From NCBI GenBank assembly GCA_964016885.1, contig OZ024747.1, positions 36,208,001 to 36,272,000 of the forward strand: a stretch of DNA of 64,000 nt, written 5' to 3'. The notes beneath the pieces were generated by a model. That model was not told the DNA's origin. It did no database searches and saw nothing but the letters and a program-made list of their open reading frames with translations. Below are positions 31,049 through 44,809 of the stretch, in pieces. Both the position numbers and the translations under genes were made by a program. This stretch comes from Eledone cirrhosa. Taxonomy: Eukaryota. Each line of letters starts with the position of its first letter. The stretch's first letter is position 1.

Positions 31049-33755
31049 AGTTGCATTTATCTTGCTTTATGTTCATACGAGTTATCACCAAGTCGCAACC
31101 AGTAACCTCAAGAGACAACAATGTCCGCCATGTTCAAGAAAGAACATACATATTCACACATGCATCTTTAGTGTTTAGACTTGTGATGTACTTATATTGA
31201 CAAAATCTTCCTTAGTATATGGGCAGTTCCCATTAATACTATCTTTTGTATTTCTCCTATACGCGGGTTTCCTGGGATTTGCGATATGTAATCATTAGAC
31301 CCCTTAGGTATCATTCCCAGAGCGCCTACAACCACTGGTATTGTTTTAGTTCTCAATTTCCACATTTTTCCAATTTCTATCTCCAGGTCCTTATACTTGC
31401 TCAATTGTTCAAATGTTTTTATAGATACATTCTTGTCTATTGGAACAGACATATCAATTAGCAGGCATACCCTCTTTTGAAAGTCTTTCAATATTATATC
31501 AGGTCTGTTTGCATTTATTTTTCGGTCTGTTTGGATGCTAAAGTTTCACAAGATTGAGATGTGATCTTTTTCAAGTATGAGAGGTGGTTGATGCTCCCAC
31601 CAATTCTTTTGATGGGGCAGGTCAAAATGCTTACACGTTATCCAATGTAGTATTGTGCAGCTCTGTCATGCCTGTTTAGGTATTCGGTTGGAGCTATAGG
31701 ACTGCACATTGAAATTATATGGTCAATGGTCTCTGGTTGTTTTTTGCATACACGGCATAATGGGCTGCATCCATTTTTTATTATGTTGGCTTGGTAATTT
31801 TTTGTTGGCAGACACTGATCTTGTGCCGATATAATCAGTCCTTCAGTCTCCGATTTCAGTCCAGAGGATGCCAACCACTGATCAGTTAAAGTTTTGTCAA
31901 CATCAGGATTGTTAGCTCGCGCTGGGTATTTTCCATACAGAGGTTTTTCTTGCCATTTCTTAGCCAGTTTCTGTAGCAGTTCTTTCTTTGGAGTTACTTT
32001 TACCTGCTTTGCTTTTTCTGTGTTTTCCATTTCAGCAGTAAATGGGACTTCTGAAATCTGTAGTCCATTACTGTATCTTTGTGCATCTTTTGTAATGGAA
32101 TATGATCTTTTGATGCTTTCGTGTTTCAAAACGAGTTTGATCATCCAATCATGTGATTCCCTTAGATATGTAGATAATCCAATTGTTGCAGTTTTCAACG
32201 CAATGTCTAACTGGATTAACCCACGTCCTCCTTCTTTCCTAGGGAGATATATTCTATCTATATCTGCCTTAGGGTGATGCATTATGTGCATGGTTAAGAA
32301 TTTTCGAATTTGTGTATCGAGCCTACGGATCTCTGTGCTTGACCAGTTCATGACATTGTAACTGTAGGTTACTACTGGTATGGCAAGCGTGTTTATGGCA
32401 TCGATCCTATTCCTTGCATTCAATTCCGTTCTTAAGATTTCTCTAACTCTGCGGTAACATTCCTTCCTTATCCTTTCCCTCATTGTCGAGTGCTTGATTC
32501 CGTCTCCTTCACAAACACCTAGATATTTGTAAGTTTTTTTCTTGATCAAGTTCTCTTATCACGTTCCCCCGATCAAGATTAATGTCTGACCTCTTCAGCA
32601 GCTTTCCTCTGGTGAACGTTGCTTTGGCGCATTTATCTAGTCCAAACTTCATTTTAATGTCATCACTGAACTGCTTCACAGTGGATAATAGCCCTTGCAA
32701 CTGTTCATCATTTTTTGCTAGGTCATCCATGTAGAACAGGTGATTAATGGTTTTGTCATAGACTTTATATTCATGTTTTGTTTCATTGAGCATTTTACTT
32801 AATGGTATAAGTACGATGCAGAATAAAAGCGGTGGTAAAGAGTCACCCTGAAAAATTACACATTTAATATTAACTTCTCCAGCTTCCAGTGATTTTGTTT
32901 CACTATTCAAAAGGAGTGTCGTTTTCCATTTCTTCATACTGAATGACAAAAACCTCCTGACAACGGGGGATACTTTGAAAATCTCTAAACATTTTTCAAT
33001 CCAACTGTGTGGCAAACTATAAAATGCTTTTTTATAATCTATCCAAGCAATCGATAGATTTTTGTGTCTATTATGACAATCTTCCAGTATCATTTTGTTA
33101 ACCAGAAGCTGATCCTTACAGCCATATGAGCCTCGTTTACACCCTTTCTGCTCAATGGGAAATAGGTCATTTGTTATCAGGTGGTCATATGTGTATTCAG
33201 TTAGGACTGATGTTAAAATTTTATACATTGTGGTCAAGCAAGTTATCGGTCTGTAATTTTTGGGATTGTTTGTCTCATCATTCTGCGGAAGCAGGAATGT
33301 AAATCCGTTAACTAGCCATGAAGGTATCTTTTCTGGCTCCTTAACTATTTTCATTGTAAAGTTGGGCTAACAGCTCATGAGACTCTGTGCAGGCATTTAT
33401 CCAAAAGTTTTGTATTTTGTCTTTCCTGGGGATTTCCATTTGCTGGTTTTTCTTAGAGCCAAGCGCAACTGTTCAACTGTTATATTTTCCCATGTTTGTT
33501 CCTCAAGGTGAGCTGTATCTTTCATTTGTCTGTCTATCCATGGGGCATGTATGTTATGAACTTTTTCTTCGGCCCAGATCTTTTCCCAGAATTCTTGCAC
33601 TTCCTCCTTGGGTGGTATTGATTTAGCAGTTGTTGTTGACTTACCAATTTTTCTGTAGAAGTTTCTTTGGTTGTTTTTGAACATATTATTGTCCTTATAG
33701 AATCTAGATCGTTTTTCAAAGCGCCTTATACGAGCAGCTTTGGCCGACACTTTTT
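31048..33755 (-). mobile_element. Dong-like family B copy 2, 5'-truncated
   Basis: Highly similar to 26087-28798 and flanked by (TTA)n at both ends. Confidence 0.93.
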
Positions 33756-33786
33756 ATTATTATTATTATTATTATTATTGTTGTTA

Positions 33787-34848
33787 TTCCTTGAATCTCA
33801 GTCATTGATGTTGGTTAACTGGAAAGTCCGTTGGAATGAATATCAAGCCACTACCTGCAGCCTCAGATATTCAGGACGTATCGGAGGGTTCTTGCTGTTC
33901 CAAGCAAGCATGCCTTTTGAAGCGTTCCAAAAAGCGTGAAGGGGCCGATTTTCTTTAACCATCCCTGGAAACTTTTGGAGATAGTCCCCAGTGCGCCTAT
34001 GACAATCGGGATCACTTTGACTTCATGGCAGTTCCAAATCCTTTTCACCTCCCACTTTAGGTCCTGGTATCGGTTAATTTTCTCCCTCTCCTTCTCTTGC
34101 ACTCTCGTGTCGAACGGGCAGGCCACATCCACAATCAGACACGATCTTTTTTCTTTGTCCACAACCACCAGGTCAGGTCTATTGTGTTCCAGATTTTTGT
34201 CCGTCTGTATCCTAAAATCCCACAGCACCTTCACCTGATTGTTCTCCATCACCGCCTCCGGCCTATGCTCATACCATTTCTCAGAATGTGGTAAATTGTT
34301 TACTTTGCATAGGTGCCAGTGGATCACCCTGCCCATCACATCGTGTCTCCAGCCCTTATAGTGGGTCTGGGCTAGGTGTTTACACTCGGACACAATGTGG
34401 GCCACAGTCTCCTCTCTCTCTCCACAGATCCTGCACAGTGGGCTAGCCTCCTCCTTGTAAATATGGTGCTTCAACCACTTCGTTTTGAGGGCCTGCTCCT
34501 GCGCAGCCATTAGCATTCCTTCTGTAGCCTTTGTGAGGTCTCCTCTTCTCAACCAGTTCCATGTCTGTGGATCTCTAAATTCAGTTTTCTCAAAGAAGGT
34601 ACTATGAAGGGATTTTCCCTTAAGGCTGCTCTTCCTCCTTGATGTTATTTCCTCCTTGGACATCCCCTGGCCTACTGTCCCCTCCTTCAGTACAGTTGGC
34701 TCCTTACTATAGGTCACGTATTTGTATAGGTTGTTTTTCTCCATCTGAACACACTCCTCTATGCTGATAAGACCTCTTCCACCCTCAGATCTCCTTAGGT
34801 AGAGTCTATCGACATCACTCCTCTTGTGGAACATGTTGTAGATAGTCA

Positions 34849-34850
<2 letters not shown>
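33787..34850 (-). mobile_element. Dong-like family A copy 2, 5'-truncated, open 328-aa C-terminal ORF
   Basis: GGRGL, CRICGEREETVAHIVSEC, RHD, WDFRIQTD, NRPD, IVDVACP, EKI..Y. (TTA)n at both ends. Confidence 0.93.
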
Positions 34851-34896
<46 letters not shown>

Positions 34897-35114
34897 GGCG
34901 ACCTACGTAGGAAATCGTATTATTGTGAGCTCCGCAAAGGTTTGTTGTTTTCAGTTGTTTGAAATTGCCATTTATGGAAAGTTTTTGTTGTTTAGTGTTT
35001 ATAAGTTCACATATATTGCTTTCAGAAAAGGACACTCAAAAGGATTAGGGCCTTGAGCCCAAAATTTAAGCTTTTATAATTATCAAACAAAAAATTTCTT
35101 TGATAATATCATGG

Positions 35115-36975
35115 ATGACTCAGCCACACCAAGCTGACAGCCTTCCTCACAAACAAACACCTCACACCAACACTAAAATTATAAGCAGTAGCAATAATTT
35201 AAATTTGTCTCATGCAGACATTCATTTCACGCCATTACCAATAACTGCATGTGTTAAAGCCGCCACCCCCACCACCACCACAGCGACAACAGAAACAAAA
35301 AAAAACAAAAAAATTATTATCTCATGACATCAAAATGGATTCACCCAGAATCGACTCTTCCAAACCGAACACCACTTACGCCACCACCACCACAACTGAA
35401 ACTAAAAATAACACTAACAAAAATAACAATAACAACAACAGCAACAACAACAATGAGAATAACAACAAAAACATCAACGCCACCGCAAATGTGTCGTTTG
35501 CCAATGCAGCCAAGAAATGCGGTAACACAGAAAGAATTAAATGAAGCCAAGAAAGATGGGTACAGGGACAGCCCCCCCCCCACACACACACCTAATAAAA
35601 TGGAGCATCGGCGCCTATCCACTGTGTGTTATCGGACGATTAACACAAAATCGTGCCGAGTGGAACGGGCATCCGAGTCCGAAATCCAAAAAGATTTGGG
35701 ACATGTGTGGCCGAAAAAAATCCACATCAGACGTGGGCAGAAATATGGAACCGTGGACGTGTTCTTTGGAACACCACAGGATGCCAGAGAGGACTCCATG
35801 GCTCCATTAAGAAGTGACGACTTCACACTCGTCCCAAGCTATTGTGGCCAGAGACTCGTGAAGATCAGGGTGACCCACGTTCCACCGGCCATCGAAATTC
35901 CCTGGTTAATGGCTGCGACCTCGCCGGCATCGAGGCCAACACCAAAATAATTGAAATATCAAAAGAAAAGCAGGATCTGGTCCGGATCTGGGATGGAGCT
36001 CCTGATCCAAGCGGACCAAAAATGCATTGAGGAGATCCCAGAGGTAATAGACCTCACTGACGGCAGCCACCTCACCGTAATCGTCGAGGGCAGAAGGCCT
36101 AGGTGTGTCGTTTGTGGTGAAGGAACCCACCTAAGGGCGTTCTGCCCTCAGGCTAAAAGGTTGAGGCCACCTTTCTTACCCATCCCAGTGACTCAACCAT
36201 CAACACCACCAGCAGCAGAAATGAGAGCAACAACTGTAGCAGCAACAACAGAAGCAACTGTAGCATCAACAACCCCAGCAACAGTGGCAAAACCAACACC
36301 ACCATCACTCACCGCACTAGAACTAGCACCAGCGCATCCACCATCCACCACGCCAAAACCAAAAACAACGCCTGTGGAGGATTTTCCACTCCCCGACCTA
36401 TCGCAACTGGAGACAGATTGTGACGACGAGGGGTGGGAAACTGTATCAGGAAAAAAGAAAAAAAGAAAAAGAAGCCAAAAAAGAAAAAAAATCTCTTCTT
36501 TCCCCACCAAAAATAAATACAGAGGGAAACAAATTAGATTATCAAATAAAAAAGTTAGGACAACTATGCCACCATGCACACAAGCATCACCAAGCCCATC
36601 AACACAAACACCAACACCATCACCATCATAAACCCCAACACCACCATGACCAACACCACAAAAGTCACCAAAAAGCGAGACAGATACAAACACAAACACA
36701 CAACAACACAAAACAACCAAAACGATACACACTACACATCATTAAATTTGAACAACCTACTACTTACCTACATCCAACACAACACCAGCATCACAGAAAA
36801 AAAGACTACACAACACCCCAAAAGTTCACACCACCTCCACACATACAAATCATCGCATCACACAGAAAACGTACACGACACTAAAACAAAAATTCCCCAA
36901 AGACATCGGAGACTTCCGACAAGCACTTTCCAGGAGGATTTATAAGGACATCCTTCCAGAGGAGGCCACAAACAG
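35115..36975 (+). pseudogene. Tx1-like ORF1 (gag-like), frameshifted
   Basis: SFANAAK, RRM-like VKIRVTHVPP, zinc knuckle CVVCGEGTHLRAFC, GWETVSGKKKKRK, Pro/Thr-rich linker. Start and end are approximate. Confidence 0.7.
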
Positions 36976-37055
36976 TGAAAAGGATGGAGAAACCATCCTT
37001 CCTCTACGAGAAGTAAGGTAAGTGGCCTTTCCCATCTTTTCCACTCCATTTCAAC

Positions 37056-38320
37056 ATGACCTCACTCAGAATAGGCAGCATAAATGCGCGTGGCTTGGGG
37101 TCATCATGGAAGCAGGGCCACCTGCTCAACGACCTCAGGTCACTAAACATAGATGTAGTGGCCATCAGGGAGACCAGAATCTCCGAAGCACGGGCCTTCG
37201 CACCGGTCTTCGGCGGCTACCATGTGTACGCATCTCCCAGCCGCCCTGGATCGGGGGGAGGAGTTGCTGTGCTTTTTCGGAGAGGTTTGGATCTCGCCAT
37301 ACGGGCCATCTTCCTGGACCCAGAAGGTAAGTTGGTGGTTTTGGACGAGACCAGCGGAGACGAGCAAGTTTCAGGCTAGTGGCCGTCTATGCCCCGACAG
37401 GAGCAGGGCGACCTGATTTCTTCCGGCGTCTGGAGACCTTTCTTGGAACGTCCCGCTCTTTAGTGTTAGTGGGGGACTGGAACGGGATCTTAGATGCACG
37501 CTGGGGAATGTGTGCGATTAGCGGATAGGGGAGGAGAGTACAAGAGCCTCACCAACCTGTTCAGGCGTTTTGAACTGTCTGACAGGTACCGATTGGATTT
37601 CCCGAATGTGCCAATGTGGACTTGGACAAATCGCATAGGGTCATCCAGATCATATCTAGATAGAGTATTTTGTAGGGAAATAGATAGGTCTAGCATAGGC
37701 TGTCCACAATTCAAGATAGTCAGCTACACGGACCACAAATTCGTGATGTGTGTGCTTGACTTAAATAGGCTTCATAGACGAGGACCCGGCTACTGGAAGC
37801 TAAACGCGTCCTTACCAGTGCGCAAGGTCTACAGAGAGCGGATTTGCGACCTAGTTGATGGGGTCCATCGTCAACAACAAGTGGTGGTTTGCTCTGAAAA
37901 AAAACGATTAGAATAGAGTCCATTAAGTTTAGTAAGGCTTTAACTATAGAGAAAAATAGAGCAAAGGGACAACTAGTTAGAAAATTAGACGAGGCGGTTA
38001 GCAAAGGCATCGCGACCGATGTACTTGCAGCGAAATTGGCCCTTGACCAATTATCCAATGCAAAGCACGAAGGTTGCGTTGTCAGAGCTAGGGTGCGTGG
38101 TCTCAGACACGCGGGGACGAAAACCGTTTAATGGGCCCGAGTGGTGGAGGCGCGTCGTGGCAACAACGCCACGATCCGGTCTTTGGTAGACCCCGTCGGG
38201 CTGATTCTACTCGATCCCGGGCAAATGTGTGAAGCTTTTAGGCGACACTTCGCTCAGCTGTTCGGGGGCAGCGGCGGGCCAGATCGAGGGATGGACTTTA
38301 GTGTCTACCACGACGGACTG
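37056..38320 (+). pseudogene. Tx1-like ORF2 apurinic-type endonuclease and tether
   Basis: MTSLRIGSINARGL...VAIRET, GGVAVL, VYAP, GDWN, SYLDRV, TDH, GPGYWKLN. Confidence 0.9.
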
Positions 38321-39423
38321 GCAGAATCTAACAACCACAACTAATAGTGCTAGTCTAACTGTAATAGATGACAGCATCTGTCTTACTATCAACACCATGA
38401 CCTAGTCTAAATTTCCTAACTGACAGAGATCGTTTAACTATCAACACTGATAGAGAATGTCCAACTATCACAACTGACAGGCAGTCTAACTTTTACCACT
38501 TACAGAGCCTGGCTAACTTTCACACTGTCTCGGCCTGTCAAACTAGCCCAAATGACAGGTCCAGTCTAACTATTACAGCTGGTAGAAATTGTCTATCATA
38601 ACGGACAGAACCAGTCTAATTGTATAAACTAAAGAGCCAATCTGTCACAACTGATATAACCTGTCTAACTATCACAACTGATGGAGCTAGTCTAATTATC
38701 ACAACTGATAGAAACTGTCTAACTACCACAACTGACAGATCTAGTCTAACTATCACAACTGACAGAGCTAGTCTAACTATTACAACTGACAGAGCGTGTC
38801 TAACTGTCTCAACTGACAGAGTGTGTCTAACTATCACAATTTACAAAGCCAGTCTAACTATTATAACTGATGTAGCCAGCCTAACTATCACAACTGACAG
38901 CATGTCATACTATCAACTTTGGGAGCCCGTCAAGCTATCACAACTGGCAGATGTTCACCTATTCCAATTAACAGAACCAGTTTAACTATCACAACTGATA
39001 CAACAGTCTAATTATCACAACTGACAGAGCCAGTCTAATTGTCACAAATGAGTTAGTTATGCAACATTGGCTGTCAAACTACCATTACTGACAATGCTAC
39101 TCCCACCATTAAAACGTACACAACCAGTCTATCACAACTCTTGGGGACAGTCTAACTATAAGTACTGATAGACCTAGTCTAACAATCACAACTGACAGAG
39201 CTTGTCTAACTATAACAACTGACAGGGCCAGTCTAACTAGCACAACCAACAAAGGCAGAGTTTATCGAATTATCACGATTGACAGAGCTAGTCTAACTTT
39301 CACAACTAGTCTATCACAAATGACAGATAAAGTCTAACTATCACAGCTAACAGAGCCAGACTAACTACCACAACTGACAGACAGTCTAATTACCACAACT
39401 GCCAAAGACAGTTTAACTACCAC
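38321..39423. repeat. Diverged 27-bp minisatellite (~40 units)
   Basis: Consensus gtctaactatcacaactgacagagcca. It gives a 9-aa period (SLTITTDRA) in ORF 38620-38985. Confidence 0.92.
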
Positions 39424-41926
39424 AAATAGAGCAGAGGGAGAACTAGTCAGAAAAGTAGACGAGGCGCTTAGCAAAGGCATTGCGACCGACGTGCTTGCGG
39501 CGAAATTGGCCCTTGACCAATTCTTCAATGCAAAGCACGAAGGCTGCGTCTGAGAGCAAGGGTGCGTGCTCTCAGACACGAGGGGACGAAAGCCGTTCAA
39601 TGGGCCCGAGTGGCGGAGGCGCGTCGTGGCAACAAAGCCACGATCCGGTCTTTGGTGGACCACGACGGGCGCATGCTACTCGATCCCGGGCAAGTGTGTG
39701 AAGCTTTTCAGCGACACTTCGCTCAGCTGTTCGGGGCCAGCGGTGGGCCGGGTAGAGGGATGGACTTTAGTGTCTACCTCGACGGACTGCCGCGGCTCTC
39801 GGCCACTGAGGCGAAGTGTTGCGAAAAGCCGATAACAGCCGCTGAAGTAAGGGAGGCAATGACTGGCTGCACAAGGGGTAAATCGCCTGGTTTGGATGGT
39901 CTGCCCTATGAACTTTACGTACAGATGCCAGACTTGTTCGGAGGCCTCTTGGTGGACGTCTACTGCAACTGGCAACAGAACGGGAGAATTCCCAGTTCTG
40001 TGAGTCGAGGAGCGGTGGCACTGCTGAGAAAGGATCCGAACAAGAGGGATAACATAGATAATTTCCGGCCCATAACTCTGCTAAACACAGAGTTCAAGAT
40101 GTTGGCAAAGGTGCTAGCAAAGAGGTTGGCGCTTGTCGTTGGTGGTCTGGTGGGAGAGGCGCAGACATGCGCCATTCCCGACAGATCCATCCACGACAAC
40201 CTCCACCTAATGCGATACATCGTAGAGAGGGTAGCTAGGGAACCTGGCACAGGTGGGTCCTTGATCAATTTAGATCAGTCGAAAGCTTTCGATAGGGTCG
40301 ACCATCGTTACCTAGCGGCAGTCCTGAGGGCGGCTGGCTTTGGGCCCGTCTGGATCGCTGCCATGCACAGCGACATCTGCTCTGTGGTGAGAGTGAACGG
40401 TCACCTGTCGGAACCGTTCAACATCATGCGCTCGGTCCGCCAGGGATGTCCCCTCTCGTCCCTCTTGTACGTATTGACACTCGAGCCATTACTGCACAAA
40501 CTAGAGACGTTGAGGGGCGTCCCGCGCGAACTAGGATGCGGAAGATCCGTGTCAGCATATGCGGACGATGTCACCGTAGTGTTGTCGAACGCGAAACACA
40601 TCGAGGCAATCGGCACTACACTAAGAGAATACGAAGCGGTGACAGGAGCAATGATCAACCAGGAAAAGTCAGTGGGCCTGCAGCTCGGCACCTGGAGAGG
40701 CAGGTCCATGCCGTCCAACAGCGTCGTCTGACGCTGGACGGACGGACCGGTTAAATTGCTAGGTGTCTGGTTCGGTCCGGATCTCCAGACGGACAATATC
40801 TGGGACGTGGTGACGAGCAGGGTGGCTTCTCTCACCCAGAAATGGGCGGAGAGGTAGCTATCCCTGAAAGGTCGAGCGGAGGTGGCTAACGCGTGCATCG
40901 CGTCTGTGATTCTGCTACAGCCTGACCGTCGTACCTTGTCCTAAGCCTCGCCTGACTGCGCTGGAGCGTTTTCTCTTTCGATTTTTGTGGAAGGGACGCG
41001 CTCCGATGGTCAGGCGGTCCATCTGTTGTCAACACCCGCTACGTGGAGGACTGGGCATGCCGTGGCTGATGATGCGCAGGCACGCGCTCAGGCTACGACA
41101 TCTCCACCTCTTCCTCGACGGTGATCAGGTGTGGTCGCCGTTTGCTAGACACATATTTCCCCAGCTCGTTTCCTTGACGGAGCTGCAGTCCTGGGTCAAT
41201 CGAAGACCGAGAGGTAGCGCCTGGAGACTGGGATGTCTTCAGCCGCTCACAGCCCTCGACCAATCGGGCAATGTGATCGGTGGAAACTCCACCTCGACGT
41301 TCTATAGAGGATTAGTGGAGGGGAAGAGCGACGACGTACTTGGGGAAACTTTAGGCGTCGACGAAAATCAACTAGCCAATCTCTTCGGAAGAATTTTCGG
41401 GCCGGGGCCTATGGACAACTTCCAGAAATCTCTGGCCTGGCAGTGCTACTGAGGAGCCTTGCCAGTTCGGGATAAACTCTACAGGCATGGAGGTGCCGTC
41501 AGCCGGGCATGTCCGAGATGCGCGCAGGGCGACGAAACCGTCCTGCACGCACTCGTCCAGTGTCCGAAAATTGCTGACTTGTGGTTTTATGTCGAAAACC
41601 TGCTGTCACGTGTAGGACGGATCCAGCTATCAGCTGAGTCCATCGTGAGGATTGCCCCGCCCTCTTCCTTCAGCCGGGAAGGGCAGGCAGTGTTTATCTG
41701 TCTGGTGGCCATTGCGAAAGAGATAGTATGGTGGACACGTTTGAAAGGGCTGAAGACGAGCACTTACCTCTTCGGTGATGCCCTGATTAACTTTTTCAAA
41801 TTTCATTTGAAAAGGAAAATCAGGGTAGAGAGGGAAGTGCTCTCTTCCCAGCATTTTGTTGAAAGATGGGTGAGAGAAGCAAGTATGGCCCGAATGAATG
41901 GGCCTTCTCTGAGTATGTGTCTGTAA
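39424..41926 (+). pseudogene. Tx1-like ORF2 reverse transcriptase and C-terminal zinc motif
   Basis: KSPGLDG, NFRPITLLN, LDQSKAFDRVDH, VRQGCPLS, AYADD, GGLG, CPRC...ETVLHALVQC. Several stops. Confidence 0.92.
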
Positions 41927-42616
41927 ATTAAAGGCGGAAAACTGGGAGAGGGCACTTGCTCTGGGGGTCAGTGTCACTGTGGTCTTTTAATGACCTTTCT
42001 CCACAAATGTCCCTCGGAAGTCTCCCCCCTATTGGGGAATTTTTCTTTGTTATTTTATTACATCCTCTGTTTTTTACACGCAGAAATGCCCATTTGTACC
42101 GTCCTGTATTGTCCTGTACTGTCCTTAATGTCTACTGTATGTAAACCCTTGTGGTTAATAAAGAAAACATTATTATTATTACTATTATTATTATTATTAT
42201 TAATAATATATATATATATTATATTAATAATATATATATTTTTATATTAATAATATATATATATAGTGTGTATGATCAATTTAATTGACTTTCTCCTCCC
42301 AGAAAACTGCTTGCCTCGAGACTAAATTATAAACAATCATTATTAGTAAGTTAAAAAAAATCATTTCTACTTTCACCCTTAAGCAAGTTCTTCTGAGACA
42401 GAGATACGCATATCACTTCGTGAACGCAGATGTAAATATTCCAAAACATTGCGGGCAAATATTGCTTTTAAAAATTGAAAGATATAATGGTAACATTATA
42501 TCTTACTTTTATATATAGAAATATATAATGGTATATTTATGATTCTTTCCAGTATCCTTTAATTTATATGAATAGAGATGGATATCATTTTGAAAGCACT
42601 CAAAAAGATGAAAATG

Positions 42617-42796
42617 ATAATTGTTTCTACTTTAGGTACAAGGCCAGCAAATACCCAGTTCATTACTGGTACTTTATTTTATCGACCCCGTAAGGATGAA
42701 AGGAAAAGTCAACCTCGGCGGGATTTGAACTCAGATCGTAAAGGGACGTAACTATGCTGGAAAGCATGGCGTCCGACCCTCTACCGATACTGCCAA
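42617..42796 (-). mobile_element. SINE, near full length
   Basis: Reverse complement of the 19419-19608 family. Confidence 0.88.
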
Positions 42797-43801
42797 CCAG
42801 GAAGATAGTCTCATTTACTCCTATTAAATTTTGGACAATTTCAATTCACTCCACCAAAATATGTTCTATTAATTTGCTGTGAACAATTTAAGGCAGAAAA
42901 ATTAGCATTCTTAAGATCCCATCAGAAAGAATTATAAACTTGTTTTCCCTGTTTCATTTTTCCAATAGAATATCCAATATATCAATTAAGATTTGTATGT
43001 AGTATGGCCAACATTCAGATGAATGAAATGTTATTTCCTGTTCCTCGTTGATAATTAAAGAAATTATTGCCGTGGGAAGAAGATTGACGCGATAAAAAAA
43101 TTTCCTTTACACATCGAAACATAAGTCAACGAGACTTTACATTTGCGCTATAAGTGGATTCGTTGATTCTTCATATACACGGATGCAAATGAATATTTTG
43201 ATTTAATTTCTTCATTTAATAGATCTTGATGTCAATATTTCGTACATTAACGCATATATATAATGAATAGGGAAACACTGGTAAATTTAGAACCTAATAT
43301 TTAAATTATAGATAAGATTACACTTGTTGTGGGGGGGGGGGTTAATGGATAGAGTGCTTGCCTCACAAATGTGTGGTTTCCTGTTAAATTGCCGAAGTAG
43401 AGAGGACTGTATCCTTGAGTTCCAGTTTACTGAGGTGGAAAAGTCGAGCTGTGACGTAAGTGGTTTTAAGCTGTATTGGCCTTGAACTTTTCCTTAAAAA
43501 ACACCGATCATCCAGAATAAAACCTCGATCAGGCTTGTGCTTTGAAGAGGAAATTTTTGGGTGCAAAACCAATGGCCATTTGTAACCGATGGGTTTATAT
43601 ATATAGATGCACCGTTTGCATTTCTTAACATGATGACTTCAATAATATACGGTAACGTATATGTATAGGCATTTTATGTGGAGTTTTATTGTGATACGTG
43701 CAAACATTTGCTGGTTTATAAAAAAACTACAGACAGACGTAGTTACATTTTAGGCTTTCCCTCAAACTGTTCGGCTTTTTATAGGACATTATTTATACAA
43801 T

Positions 43802-44809
43802 TATTTATATATATGACAATGCCTCGTTAGATATACCATAAGATATATATCTAAAACCACATGAAAACCACATGTAAAACACACTCCTAATTTGGAATGG
43901 ATCAAATTTGTTACTTGCCTTCAAAGAGGGAATAAAGAAAGTATTTCCGTTATTTTACGTTAAACTCCATAGACATAATTGTGTGATCATCTGCTATTTC
44001 AAACATAGGTTAAATTGGAACTTTGGAACGATAACATCATTATTTTAAATAGTTGTTTAGATTTATTTATGACTGATCATACACATATGATTAATCACAT
44101 TCTCACAGAATTCTACACTATTGTACTTTAGAAGCAGAGAGAATTTAGAAAATTGGAATTTGTGTCCTGTCTCGCTAATTATCTAAAATCCTTTGTATTA
44201 CATTTTAGTATAAAACAGATCTTAGTCACATAAATTCCAGTTATTTTTATAATCAGAGTTTATAGCATTTAATATTATGGAGTATGAACGATATATGACG
44301 GTATTATATTAGTCGATAAATTTCGAGATAACAATGTATTATCTTTAATAAGCAAGTAAATTAAAAAAGAAAATAGATTATCGGGTGTAATCTCCTGTCG
44401 GATCTAATCTGTTTCATTGCATTATGTGTTCGGCCTTCAAGTCGACTTTTTCTTTTACCCTTCAGTGGTTGATAAATAGAATACCACCATAAGGTAAAGC
44501 TCGGTGAGAATGGATATAGCGTCTGGCTTGAGTTATTCGTTTCACATATTTAAATTTTTATTGGATCAAATCCTCAGATTGACAAATTGCGTAAGGGAGA
44601 TACTTATTCGTTAAGGTGAACACAGCCACGTCAGTTTACATAAGTTTAGACATTTCTAACTTAATGGAAGGATTTAGGCCAGGTCTTTGATTCGAGGACA
44701 TATTTTTAATCTTTTGACATCAGATTTGGAGGAGCGGATAAATGCATTTATTACCTGATAAAGCGATATAACACTTTTACGTCATTTACTTACACAGGTA
44801 AATAAGAAT
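43802..44809. repeat. Right arm of the ~1-kb inverted duplication (partner 21971-22980)
   Basis: Reverse-complement match read by eye along the whole arm. Confidence 0.9.

Larger units (their letters stand above)
34897..42168 (+). mobile_element. Tx1-like (L1 group) non-LTR retrotransposon, interrupted
   Basis: ORF1 with CCHC knuckle; ORF2 with APE, RT and C-terminal Cys motif; AATAAA at 42157; (TTA)n at both ends. Confidence 0.9.

Noticed and set aside
34897-35100. HDV-like ribozyme at the Tx1 5' end (also sought at the CRE 5' end, ~50540-50660)
   Set aside because: Could not assemble P1-P4 or the J4/2 motif by eye.
38321-39423. Regular short repeats resembling a CRISPR array or repeat protein
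   Set aside because: Head-to-tail 27-bp units with no unique spacers, no cas genes, frequent stops and a eukaryotic context.
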